Origin: Dudresnaya verticillata
Lineage: Eukaryota
NCBI GenBank assembly: GCA_977862235.1
Contig: OZ374557.1
Coordinates: 2,976,001-3,040,000, forward strand
Length of the DNA stretch: 64,000 nucleotides
Direction of reading: 5' to 3'
The notes under the pieces are model-generated. The model was not told the origin of the DNA. It did not search any database and saw only the letters and a list, made by a program, of their open reading frames with translations. Both the position numbers and the translations under genes were made by a program. Shown here one piece after another: positions 12,459 to 24,575 of this stretch (the stretch's first letter is position 1; the number at the start of each line of letters is the position of its first letter).

Positions 12459-13135
12459 CACCGCGTGTGGTCGCCCATCTTGGTGCCTCGACTTAGTCGA
12501 AATATTTGCTGATTCCAGGAACTCCGAGGAGTTCTGGGACCTGCGCGCTATTGCGGAGGAGATCGATTGGAAAGACCCGATTGCCGTGCCGTTAGCCAAC
12601 AACCGCCGTAAGGCGAATCATCCGCGTTACGCGATGAATCGTACTCATTCCGCCTGTGGCGATTGGATTTGGTTCAACCCTTGGACGAAGCGTCGTACGA
12701 CGAAGAATATTGCGGAACGCCATCGCAAGACCGATCGCTTCACGCCGGGTATCCGCGGGGTTTGCGTAAGACCTGCGACTTTGTCAATGACTTTGATCCT
12801 TATTTGAGCGCCTTGATGGCTAAAGAGGATGCTTTTCACACCAGAGGGAGGCTGGATAACTCGTCTGGGACGGCTATTGCTACGCCAATGGCGGTTGAGT
12901 CTTCCGCTGGAGCGGCTGCTCCGTCCACGACGTTGCCCACGGAGCCTCTTGCGGCGAGTGCGATGCCGACCGGCGTAGCCGTGGTTGCGCCCTTGGACCT
13001 TGCGGCGCCCGTTGCGGACGACGACGGTGACGTCATTATGGCGTTGCCAGTGTCAGAGCCACCCCAGTCCGCAATGACAGAAGGCGGAGCATCGAGCGTC
13101 GTAGACGGTTCAGGCAAAGCTGGCAGTGTGCCGGT
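12459..13135 (+). pseudogene. Fragment resembling the C-terminal half of the Gypsy antisense-ORF family
   Basis: EEFWDLRAIAEEIDWK..GDWIWFNPWTKR, then an Ala/Pro-rich tail. Loosely comparable with GEVWVAYDPEVSE plus Ala/Pro tail in ORF 47172-48623. Confidence 0.35.
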
Positions 13136-13336
13136 CTGGACAACTTCTTCTTGAAAGCATCTTTGCCCTCGTCCAGCTCCACCTCATGTGGTGCACCGCG
13201 GTCCCCGCCGGGGCTGGCCGAGCTGGAGACTCGCTCTCAACTGGAAGCTTCCTATCCTGGAGCTCGTCCTGTGTGGCCATGGGGATGTCCGTTCTTTCTG
13301 CGGGCTGCTGGATAACCACCTTCTTCGTCCTGGGTG

Positions 13337-13463
13337 ATTCTCTACGTGCTGTCTGATTGCCTTCAGCAGAGGCCGCGGCCGCATCCTCGCCAGTAGACAA
13401 AGCGCGTTTGGGGGTTGGAGTCTTCTTCTTGACCACCGTACTCTTCGATGCCGCCTGCTTGTC
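13337..13463 (-). repeat. Inverted near-identical copy of 3890-4016
   Basis: Both encode ..STVVKKK(N/T)PTPKR(S/A)LSTGEDAAAASAEGNQTARRE; the nucleotide match is readable by eye. Confidence 0.9.
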
Positions 13464-15025
13464 GACTACGACACCGCACGCTCCGTGATTGCCGGTTTCG
13501 ATTAGCTCGACCCGCACCGATTGCGTTCGTCGCGTCACTCCTCGGCCGCGCTCCGCACGACACCGAGGTCCTCGGAGACGTCACGTCACCGAATCAACGA
13601 TACGCGATCACGAAGCCAACGCCCCCACGAAGTTGCGCTCCACGATGTCGGGCGGTGTCGACCACCACCGCCCCAACTCAGCGCCCTTCGCGATATTCGA
13701 CACTGGCTCATCCGTGCATACGGTTGTACCGCGGCACTCGCATGACAGGAGCTGACACCGCGACGGACGGACACGGTGAACTATACGTATCTTGTCATAC
13801 GTGTCTGAGGTCATACTTTAAGGCCGATGCCACCTGCAACGCGCACTTCGTCTTCGCAACCCGCGCCTCACGCCAACTTCGCTCGATCGCTTGCCACGGA
13901 GCAGCGCAGATGCCGACTCACCCCCTCGCTTGCGGCATGGAGCTCACCTGTTACGACGCGCCTTCGACACGACCACGGAGTCCTCGTTTGCAGCCAAGCG
14001 CTATCCTCTCGCATGGCCTCGGCGCCCCATTACGCATACGTTCCGCCCGCACCGATGCGCCCCCGAAGCAGCTCGCCCGCCACAGCCCCGGAGCTCACGC
14101 GACATACCCTGCACGATCCTCGCAACACCCGCACAGCTCTCCGAGGAGCGCGTATCCGCAACCCACCCCCCAAGCACGTTGGCGCGGACGCCTTCGTCTT
14201 GAGGAGGGGACCGTGCACGCATATCTCACGAAGTCTCGATGACTCAACTCCGCGAAGGAAACACGCGTAATTTTATTCGTAATCAACGTCACACGCATCA
14301 CGTAGGCCACGGAGTCGAGAAAAACGAGGCCGCGCCACGAACAAGTTCCAGATTCGCACACTTGAGCACGAAGCTCGTTTACAAGAAGCCACGAAGCTCA
14401 AGCTACGATGCCAACAACTACGTGACCATCACTACGAGGAAAAAGAAGAGTCGAGCAAGAAAAATGTTTACTCGAGACGATACCACGAGACCGAGACCCG
14501 GCCACCGTGAGCTCCGAGAACAAGGAGCTCGATACCGAAAACGAGAAACAACGCAGCTACGAAGCTAAAAGAAAAAGCCGCGGTGCTAACACTACGTACA
14601 ATTACGAGTGACCATACGGGTTCGCGGAGTCGTAAGGCGGGTTATCACGAGGATCGTTTCCATTTTCATCTCAAGTCACGCGAAGGATGTCCACACTGGG
14701 GCGCTGTAAGGAGCCACGTGTACACGCGACACCTGTAAGGCGTGGGACATGTGGAATAACGAAGTGCACGGTGACGCGGGGAAGTCTCGCACTGTAAGGA
14801 ATGGCCTCGGAGCCTAACGAATGGCCTCGTAGCCTAACGGAGAAACGAAAAGGGGTGGTAGTGTGGTAGAGCGGAGCAACCAACACGAAGAACCACGGTG
14901 TCAACATATTCGTGCGCGGAAGCGAGAACTCGAGCGATCGATCACCGGGGATGACTCCGGGTGCGCGGGGCTACCGAAAGCGAGGCTCGATTGTATCCGC
15001 GGTCACGAAGACGAAGACACCGAAC

Positions 15026-15480
15026 TCGAAGAAACAGGCGTTTACCGAAGACTCCGAGGTCTGGGCGCTAGTCGCTTATCGGAAACCCTCGGAGGTTGTG
15101 CCAGACGACTGGCTAAGTAATACTACGTGAGCACGAATGCACGTCAACTCGGGAGACGGTTCGTACTCGAATGATTCGTAACGGCCTCGGTGCCAACGAA
15201 CGGTCGCCTCACGTATGGTGGCGGTTTCGAAGTGCGCCAGCGATGCATACGGAGGTGCGCGTGTCTCGTGGGCCCCGGTGCCGTTATGCGTGGGAAACAA
15301 CGGGAAAGTCACGAAGGTGTCAGAGATTTCGTATCGGGTGCACAGTGTAATGCGAATGCCATCGTGGCACGCGCACAGTATGCGCACTGTAATACGTTTG
15401 CCATCGTGGCGTGCGCATTCACGGAGTCATTTCGAAATGCGTATTTCTCGATTATTTTCACGTAGGCCACGGAGTCGTTT
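15026..15480 (+). repeat. Dispersed repeat, second copy at 28124-28667
   Basis: tcgaagaaacaggcgtttaccgaagactccgagg...ccacggagtcgttt in both. The second copy is diverged and has a ~90-bp internal expansion. Confidence 0.9.
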
Positions 15481-15637
15481 CGTGGTGACGTGAGCCATGG
15501 CGCGCATGCGGCACGCCGACGGCGAGCCAACCGTAACGGGTGATGTGGCAATACGCCACGCTGATGATCTGGCAAGGTGTAACCGTGTCGGATGTTGTGC
15601 GCATTGCTGTACGCTGGTACGCATTGCTGTACAGCAG

Positions 15638-16155
15638 TGTAGCGCACCAACCATACCGGAGTATTTGTAGTGTTTATTCTTTATTTTTAGGGAGTATCTG
15701 TACAGTATGTAGAGTAGTGCGCCAGCCAATGAGAATGCTGCGCATGTCCGTGTCGGAGATTGGGACCAGCAGGGCCGATTCCACCATAGGACCAGACCAC
15801 TAGGGTCTGGCCCCCACGGACCGGACTGCTCGGTGCCACCCTGACTTGTATATCAGGGCGGCACCGCAGCGGCTCCTAAGGTAAACGAATAAGCAACCTT
15901 AGCCCAATCCTTTGCGGTTTTCCCCGCGCCGAGCCCGTTGCGGTCTACCACCACCACCGTTACCGAGTCCGTCCCGGCACTTGTACCACCCCCTTGTCTG
16001 TTGCTTCCCAATATCCGTCTCGGTTAGCCGCTCGCTGTTCTCCTGTTTCGGTTCGAACTGCTCTACCACCCCGTGGAGGTAGTGTTACTCTCGCCCGTTA
16101 AGGAAAGTCAGGCCAGCTGTCCGTCTCGGAGTTCGTGGGTTTTCACTACACCACA
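15638..16155 (+). mobile_element. Solo-LTR-like remnant related to the Gypsy LTRs at 39414-39878 and 40010-40440
   Basis: TG...CA ends (tgtagcgcacc...tttcactacaccaca). Shares ccaat.agaatgc, gggaccag.agggccg, ggtctggccc.cacggaccggac and the 3' tttcacta.accaca with those LTRs. No matching TSD. Confidence 0.7.
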
Positions 16156-16762
16156 CGTTTCACGGATAGCTTCTATACTACAGGACACAGGAGTGAGATG
16201 GGTGCTTGGCACTGGACAGTTAACTACGTGAGCACTATGCGCGCTGAGGGGTGGACTCGCACCATGATTTCACACCTATTTTGGGCCCGGAGTGCTACAG
16301 CAACGCGGTACGCACGGGAGCGGTATGACTGCTCAACCCTATTTTTAATCGCTAGTGTAACTGTTTGTGTACAGTATTAGCTCACTGTTAGCATTATGGC
16401 TCTAACTGAGGGGGTAGTGTATTCCCGGCTCCCGCCGTATTTGCTAGGCCCCTGAGTATCAGGGGCCCCGCACTAAACGCACAGCGGTTTGTGCGTTGGG
16501 GGTTTTCCCCTTTGTGGGACTCTCACGGTATCACCACTACCACTACAACCCCGTTAGGCGTTTACAAGCCGTGCTACCTACGACGACTGCTCTAAACAGT
16601 ACGGTTCGCCTTCCCTTTTCCCCCTCTTTTGCAGGGCTTGCAGCCCTCTCAAGTCTCTACCACACCTTTTGGAGCTACCAACCACGCGAGTGGGATCACG
16701 CTTTCAGGACAGCTGTCGTGCTGTGTGGCCGTCTACTCTGGCTTGAAAGCCATTCTACTACA
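16156..16762. mobile_element. Probable LTR fragment of another family
   Basis: Noncoding, LTR-like organisation, ends ..ctactaca directly against the Copia LTR fragment. Confidence 0.35.
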
Positions 16763-16846
16763 TGGTCGTCGACGGCGGGAGCACTGTAAGGAATCTTGTG
16801 GCATCTTACAGTGCGACTCTGCGACACAGATGGGTCCAAATCGACA
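16763..16846 (-). mobile_element. Terminal fragment of an LTR of the Copia family at 50680-57835
   Basis: gacggcgggagcactgtaagg..cttacagtgcgactctgcgacacagatgggtccaaatcgaca matches the right ends of 50680-51116 and 57420-57835. Confidence 0.9.
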
Positions 16847-18419
16847 TCCAGCGCATATATCGCCGCATTGGGGGCCCCAACCCCGGATGTTCCGGCCTCC
16901 GGTATTTCTTCAATTGGTTAGCTGGAGACGAAACGGATCTAAAGCTTCTGGTTGGCTGAGAGGTCAGTCAACTAGCTGGGGAGGAAAGCATGGACGCCAA
17001 TGGGAGGCCTTTATTAGCTGGGGACGAAGTTGGTTAGGCCAATGGGTGGTCTAGGGAGGGACTTGATTGCAACCCCTGCAACAGGAGAATCAACAGGGGA
17101 CGGCTCGCTTGGCGCTCCACCTCGTTATGATAACAAATTGTCGTTCGAGTTGCCCACCTAAATGAGCTTGAAACAACACCTCCCTTTGGACCTGTCGGCC
17201 ATTCAGCATATGAGGGGTAGCTCCACGCGCTGTGCAACGCACAACGCAGCGGGTGTGCAACCGCAGCGGGCGAAGCAGAGCGCTGAGGCAAGGGCGCCCC
17301 CTCTGTGCCACGCAGAGGAGGGCGCCCCCGTGCCAGCGTGCGATTCTGTAATGCTACTGTAATCCAACTGTAATGGCTGTGGAACTTGTGGAAAAACGCT
17401 GCGTCTTTGTCACGTTCGCCCGAGCCTCGCACAAGCACCCACGCGTGACAGAAGAATCCTATTTGAGAGCCTCCGTAGGAGCCTTCGACGGAGATAGCGA
17501 CCCAGGGAACACTTTCTACCGAGTGCGGCTCTATTGCAGTCCTCCATGTAGGCTCCTATGCTTCAATGCCCCCGATAGAAAAGTTGCACTGTTTAAATCA
17601 CTATAACAATGGCAATAGCGATTATACTTCCAGAAATATATTTTCTGTGTTTCTAACGCCGCAGTTCCCGATTTGTATGTTTCAGCCATTATTGGCAATT
17701 TTTCTATGTTACAAACATGCAAACGGTATCTTTAATGTCTATAACACAGATATTGTACTTGTAATATTCTAAATCAATAGTTATCATTTACTAATGTTTC
17801 CAACATTATGAACATAGTTATCAATGTCACATTTCACCTAAAACACAAGTATTGTACTTGTACTATTCCAAAGCATTTTTTATTAACTAATGCTTCCAAC
17901 ATTATGAGAACAATTGCCCATGTTATGTTTCAATATTCTCGAAGATCCACGTCTAATAACCTGAACAAGTACTATAAATGCTAAACACACCAGGAGAGTC
18001 AGTTTGACCAACGTCTCTGTGTTTCACACAAGCAAAGGACATTTTATACTAGCCATACATTCGACAATAATACAACAAGAGCTTTCATTTTCACTAACGG
18101 CCATGACCGTTTTGCGCGCGATAAGCTCACTACTGTACGTCGTTAGAGAATGGGTTCCGCGTCCCCAGCCCCCACTGCGTCTTCTCAGCTAGTTTGTACT
18201 ACCTACGAACCCAGTAAAGTTGTCTACGCCATTTTACAGTCTCCATTAGCCTCCATCATCGACGCTAATGTCCGCCTCTTCTTTACGCAGTTCATTGGTA
18301 TTGACACACAACACATCATATTTACAAAGCTAGCTGCAGCTAGCTACACAAAGTAATAACCTGCACAAACATTTTCAAGTTGAGAATGCTACTTCAACAA
18401 AGGTACTAAGTCGGTCGCT

Positions 18420-20614
18420 TCAAGGTTCCTGTGGCTTACTTCGAAGACGTTTCATCCGCAGCCCCTTCCCCTTCAAGCGCTTGCTCTTCCTCGGTTCGGT
18501 GCTCTCTGAATCCGCTGGAGACCCTGTAATTCCTTCTCCTTTTCCCGAGCCTGCTTCAGCGATGGGTTTTTCATTAGCGGCATCCTTCTGTACACTTGCT
18601 CGCGCACTATGGTTTGGGTTTCCGCCCGCCTCTCGCACTTCCTTGTTCTCTGCGTCCTTGGGCCCCGATTTCTTGCTAGCATCTATTCTAACGTCTTCTC
18701 CGGATTCAGACCCCAATAAAGATGACTTGTCCTTCTCGGATACCTTAATAGCCAAACCGCCGACACCGCTACCCCCTTCTGCCCCTTGACACTGCTCACG
18801 TCTTTCCCTGGTACTTCCTTTTCAACCTGCTTACCATCACCCTTCCCTTTCCCATGCAGACCGACCTCAGGCTCCGAAAGCCCTTTTTTATCTGTGTCTC
18901 AAGCCAATTGAAGATTAGATCTCTGGTCGCGTCGACGTCGCTCTTGCTGAATAAGGAAGCAGCGGAAATCTTCTTGATAGAGAACTTCTTAAATCCGGCT
19001 CCCTCCTTCCTGCACTTAACTGGGGACGAGATCTTCGCGACAGCGCTTCCAGAGAGTTTCTTAAAGTAACCCTTTCCACAGGACTTTAAACAGTGTATCA
19101 AGACATAGAAACAACATAACACTGCGTCAGACTGACGTGGGCCATCAATCGCCACTCCTAACTCCCTGAAGAACAGGCTTAATTGCTCACGTGCATCGTT
19201 GAAGAGACGAACGGTTGGAATTTGCCCGGCCTCTTTTTTCAGAAATCTTGCGAACAACATAACACCGAAACCAACAACTCTTCTGAACATATATACGGAG
19301 ATGTTGCCGGTAAGGCTGTCAATGTAGAAGAAATGGGGCTCCTTTAACTCCAATGCATGAACGACATCGTAATTAGCGACATCGATTGATTTCCCTTCCT
19401 TAATTCGCTTCACAAGTGCCTTGAAAGCGAGCACCAAGTCGCGAAGAGCGATAAACGTCCAATGTTTTGATTCCGGAATGTAAAACAGGTACACAAACCA
19501 ACTACTCTCAGATGGACACGGTAAATGTTTTCCCGCGCGGCAGAATGCCTCGAATGTCTCAAGAGGGCTACCTTTCCCCTTTGCAAATCTTATAATGAGA
19601 TCGGAGCTGTGGAATGTGTCGCGGCAAAGATACGTCGACTACTGAGATTCCGCAGCCGCAAGCTTTCTCTTCAGCACCGCAATTCATCCCATGCCCATCA
19701 GCATGCCCTCGTCACACAACATGAGAGCAGGGTCGGCATGGAACACGCGGAAGCCGGCCAGCGTCATCATGGTCCGCCCTTCTGCATATAAGCAAGCAGT
19801 GTCATCCGGCCACGGATCTAAACCCTTCTCTCCGTGCGGTGAGGGATCAGCATCCAATAACTCAATTACAGAAGGCATAACCTTCTGAACCGTGATACCC
19901 TCGACGTTTGAACGCTTCTCGGCACTGGGCTCAACCATAATGCGCTTCTCGTCATTGGGTTCAACAGTAGTATGCTTTCGCTTTGCACGGAGGTTTGACT
20001 GGGCATGTTGCCGATCGGGTTCTTCTGCCGGCGAATTATCTCCATCACTTCCCGACCCAGTAGCACGCTCATTTCCGTTCCCAGCCTCGTCAGCCTCGCC
20101 AGCGTTTCCACCATAGTTGTGAGAAGGATCCTTTTGAAGGTCCCTACCAGAAGGCGCGCTAAGAAGGCATCCCTCTCCCTGCGGGAGGAGTTTTCTGGAA
20201 GATAATTCGGCTCCCAGGGCGGCTTCGTAAACTCAATACCAGACCAACTGTGCATGTACCCGCTGAAATGTTGGAAGACATCAATCTCCTTCACGGCGGG
20301 GTTTCCTTCTTTGTAGATTCCAATGTAACTGTGTAGCAGAGCTGTGCAAGCTGAAGCATTTAGTTGTCCACTCGCTCTGAGCTGCACTGTTTGGTTATTA
20401 AGCTCGTCACGCGTGATGGGGCGCAGCTGCAACGAGTCGTCGCCAGACTCACCCGCGTGCTTGCCAGAACCTATGTTACAGCCGCCTCCCTCGCCATCGC
20501 TTTCCGGCGGCAGCATAAAATCTTCATCGGAGGACTCGCTGATACCCATATAATCTCTATCGAGCGCGGCCTGCTCGTCTACACGACTTCTTTTCCGTCC
20601 CTCCCTTTTGTCCA
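18420..20614 (-). pseudogene. Ulp1/SENP-like (peptidase C48) cysteine protease, disrupted
   Basis: ORF 18796-19494 has the catalytic motifs in order: SKHWTFIAL (His), FFYIDSL (Asp), PRQSDAVLCCFYV (Gln oxyanion, Cys). Upstream LMLCDEG matches the Ulp1 'L.DE' motif. The acidic N-terminal part is in 19866-20684. Confidence 0.75.
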
Positions 20615-20925
20615 TAGGCGGCGGTGACTGTCCAGCTCCAACTATTGTTCTCCCAATACACCAACGATTGAATTGCAGCCCCACTGGGTACTACTAGAAA
20701 AAGAAATAAGCCGCAGTTTCGCAAACAACGCAGTAGACAAAGAAGAGTCAGAAACTCAACGCTGCGCAATCTGTTCCTGTTTGCGTTCCCACTCAGGTTG
20801 CTACTTAGAGACCGTTCCAATAACTTGAACCCTGCAACAACAATTGTTGGTTTCAGTCGTCGATGTGCTAGCCAGCCCCCTAATAGCAGAAGTGAAAGGC
20901 TTGCTGCGGTGCGTGTGCACGTGGT

Positions 20926-23530
20926 TCACCGGGTCCCCTGGTTTGAGGTCAGGTTTCCTTGACCAGAGAGGATGAAGAAGCCGGCACACTGATATTGGCG
21001 ATCCCCAACGACCAGTGAAGTGCGCACGAGCAGAAATGAGCATTGGAAAAAAGAGGCACGACGGGCACGCATGGCCCGCGGGCTGAACGGGGTGATTACA
21101 GGAATTTCCTTTTTCAACTCGGTGTTTACCTGCTGCACGAAACTTAAAATTTTGAAATGTATCGACTCTGCGTGTTTGACAACCAGCTTCGCCAGGTTAG
21201 AGCGCAGGTTAGCACGGTAACCACGTCCCCCACGCCCAATTATCAACAAACATGATGACAGTACACTTTGTCCAGCCATTATTGCCAGAAGTAGATGTTT
21301 TGACATCAGTTCATCATTTTCCACAATAGGGATACCCTCCCACCACTGACCAGAAATGACGTCATTACATGTCCCACAGAGGCCTTGCAAAGCCGTGTAG
21401 GCGTTTTGCTTGCCAAGGCCTTCTTGTAGCCAGATACAAGTACATGGGAGCGACAAGCTTTTGCCACAACTACATCCCGTGGGCAGTCCAACTTCACTGT
21501 AGATATTATCACCTTTACATCTGCGCAGAGCGCTAGCTCAGCAAGGGAATAAATAGAATCCGTTAGTCTTCCTTTGAGGCATTCGACTGATCAGAGAGCT
21601 TCCTGGCTTTGTGCCTCTTCTTGTTTCCTCCAGCACATTTGTTGGCCGCATTAATGTGGAGTGAAGCCAGGAGCTTCCCATATACAGGCTCGAGAACATC
21701 GGGAGCTCTCAAACTTGCAATGGCGAGGGAAAGCAATCGCTGCATCTTCGCAACCCAGCGTTTTTCATGCTTATTTTGTATCGAGACAGCCACGTCGTTG
21801 AAATGCATTGGTAGTTTGAACTTTTCACGCGTTGAAAACCTCTTGATGTCTCTGCTTTGGCGAATTGCAACCAACAAATTCTCGAACATGTCCTTGAGAA
21901 GAGCTTTCGCGAAGGATTGTTCCTCTTCTCCTTCAGTTAACACAGCAGTCTTCGCTTTATCTGTCTTGCGTTTCCTGATTTTGTGCTCCAAAGGAGCTAC
22001 ATTATCCAGAAATATATTCAAATCACATGCAAGCGAGGATGGCATCTCACCATTGCAACTCTTTCCCTGTTTGAGTTGCTGTGCACCCGGCTGCGTTGCA
22101 CGTTCTAGCGTTGAGACGGATTGTATCGCCAACGACGTGCTGACATGAAGAAGATTGCTGAGCTCCAACCACGACGCCACCTCGAGATTGATAGATGCGA
22201 AGCCCTCCTCAATATCTCTTACATACTTGTTAACTTTGTTGTAGGTTTTTGAAAGCCTGTCACCTCTATCGACGAGGAATTTCCCAACCTTTCCTTTCTT
22301 TGAAGTGCACGCGCCCTCGTCTGATGAAATAGTACCGCAACTTCCATCTTCCAAGCTTTCCATAATAGCCATGCAAACACGAAATGCGCACTGCGGAAGG
22401 ATCGCTCGTTGCAACGCACCGTAATTTTATCTCTTGATCCCCAGACAAGAGCGGGAAAAGGTCCCCAGCTCTTACGCGAATGACGGAGGGAGTGAATATT
22501 CGCTTCCAGGAATTATCCACACCTCGAAGAAGTTGCGTAAAATCCATCCAGTTCGAGCCGTAAGAACCATACCCATAACGATGTAAAATGAGAGTAAGAG
22601 AAAGGCCCAGCATGAAGACCGGAGAAAGAGTCACATTCAGGGGCCCTTCTTGATAGACATCGAGGCATATAAACCGATCACGAATGGCCTTAACATCCCA
22701 ACACATGCATCCATCTTGTAGAGCGGGCCCTGGCGTGCAATAACCTTCGTTGTAAGGTCGACAGTCAAAGACAAAGAGTATCTGATGTCCTCTGCTGCGG
22801 CCCAGTCAGAAACACGCTTGTTAGTGGTATGGATGCGCATAACGCCACGCCTCCCTCCTCGTATGCCAGTCTCAGGCGTCCGACCGAGAATATCTCGGAT
22901 TATCTCTAATACCTGTTACCTCCTTTCTTCCGGGAGTTTTTGAACTTCATCAAGTACAATTCCCATGGATGCACGCAGCATTGCGACCTCCATTCCACCT
23001 TTCAGCCCTCCTACTTGCAAATCACCTGCACCAGTACCCCAGGACGGACGATAATCTGGATGGCACAAAGTATGGAACGACATGTTCAGGCACTTGTCGA
23101 ATTGTTCCGCGAGCAACACTCTTCGGCCCCGCAGCATTTCTCTCCTCGTATGCCCAGCTTCTTTGTCCCGGTCCATGATTCCCCTTTTGCGCTTAAGATG
23201 GCCGCCACTCGATTTTTCAGCACAACCCGCATCGTCCGACAGTTGCTGCAATGGAGAAGTTTTGTCGGCTACTTCGTCTTGTGGTTGCGGAACGGCTCTC
23301 TCCTGATGATCTGCACTTTTCATTGCATCTTCGGTGACTTTGCCATGGCGGACAGCTGCCGACGGGGTTCCCCTACGGCGTCGGGAACTTTTATCGGGGT
23401 CCATTGCGCCTATACCTGCAGGCGCAAGCGGAAGACGCTTGTCTCGCGTGCCTCCAATGTCTGGTAGATTTCGGAGCCGATCCTTTACCACCACGCCACG
23501 CGTGCTGTTCCTGCGTAGGTAGCTCTGCAC
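20926..23530 (-). pseudogene. Large hypothetical gene, frameshifted
   Basis: Colinear minus-strand ORFs 22916-23530, 22637-22840, 22266-22706, 21563-22414 and 20926-21456. No recognisable domain. Confidence 0.5.
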
Positions 23531-24575
23531 CGAGCGGTTAGCTCTTAAGAGCTAAGAATTCATGTCAAAATGAATAAGCCGCAACGTAAATACACCGCAC
23601 AACAAGAACAGAAGTAATTGTAGCGAGAACGGCACCTTGAGGATACGGAAAGGTCATAGACGATGCCACATATCCGCAGCTGGTGGCACAGTGCCAGGGT
23701 GGCCGTCGACAAAGGAAAGCGGGGAGCAGGCTGGGAGAGAGGAACGACTGGGGTGGCGGGGTGGGTGTCGGGTGGGAGGCAACGTTTGGGGGAGGAGGCA
23801 AGCCCGGCGATGTGCGACTGAAACTGCATTGCAGTGAGGAAGCAAGAGGAAGGAAGAAGGGAGCGAGCAAAAAGTCCAGCGGAGCGGGCGGAGACAAATG
23901 TGTGGGTGCGCTTCAATCAAATAAAAAAGGAAATTTCTCTGAGCCCTGGCTACTCGGCATTACAGATGCCAGGTACCAGGGGCATGGCATTACAGAAGCT
24001 GACTTTCAGCTGAACTTGCTGAGTACTAATGATGAAGATCGCTGTAAAGAACACCAGGATAGCACATTCTGATGTTACCAGCACGTGGCAAGGGAGTATC
24101 AATTACAAAACATAACACGCTGAAGAGATGTAACTCCAATTGGAGAACCCACACATCTTGTGGGCACATGTTTCACAACTTGTGGAAAAGCGAGCAGTGG
24201 AGTCGTGCAAACGAGGGCGGTTCGGCATTTTGCCCTGAGTTATAGAGCGGCTGTGGCTGTGTGACCACAACCCATGGGTGCGATTTTGAGTAGGTGTCAA
24301 CAGCTCGTCTGGGGAAGGAGAAGCCGGGCGGGTGCAGGTAACACGCGATGGATGGGAATGGATCGGAAGTGAAAAGGTAGAACGCAAAGAAAATATTGTA
24401 ACCGCAGGGGACGCCTGAAGGCGGGAAGGGTGGAGAAAATGTATGCTGAGAGATCAGCAGTGCTGCACAGGAATAAGATAAAAATCATTTATGTACATCT
24501 TTTCGAAGAATAGTTGAGGCCCAAATCACCCAAACCGCAGTACTCCAGTTCCCATGACTGCAACCTTTGTCGCCC

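Noticed and set aside
13448..14568. 264-aa and neighbouring ORFs as real genes
   Set aside because: GC-rich low-complexity sequence open in many frames, with Arg/Pro/Ala-biased translations and no motifs.
17599..17612. CACTATAACAATGG as terminus of the Ulp1/helicase element
   Set aside because: It lies near a compositional shift but has no partner TIR and does not match the 12458 terminus; a 5-mer alone is insufficient.
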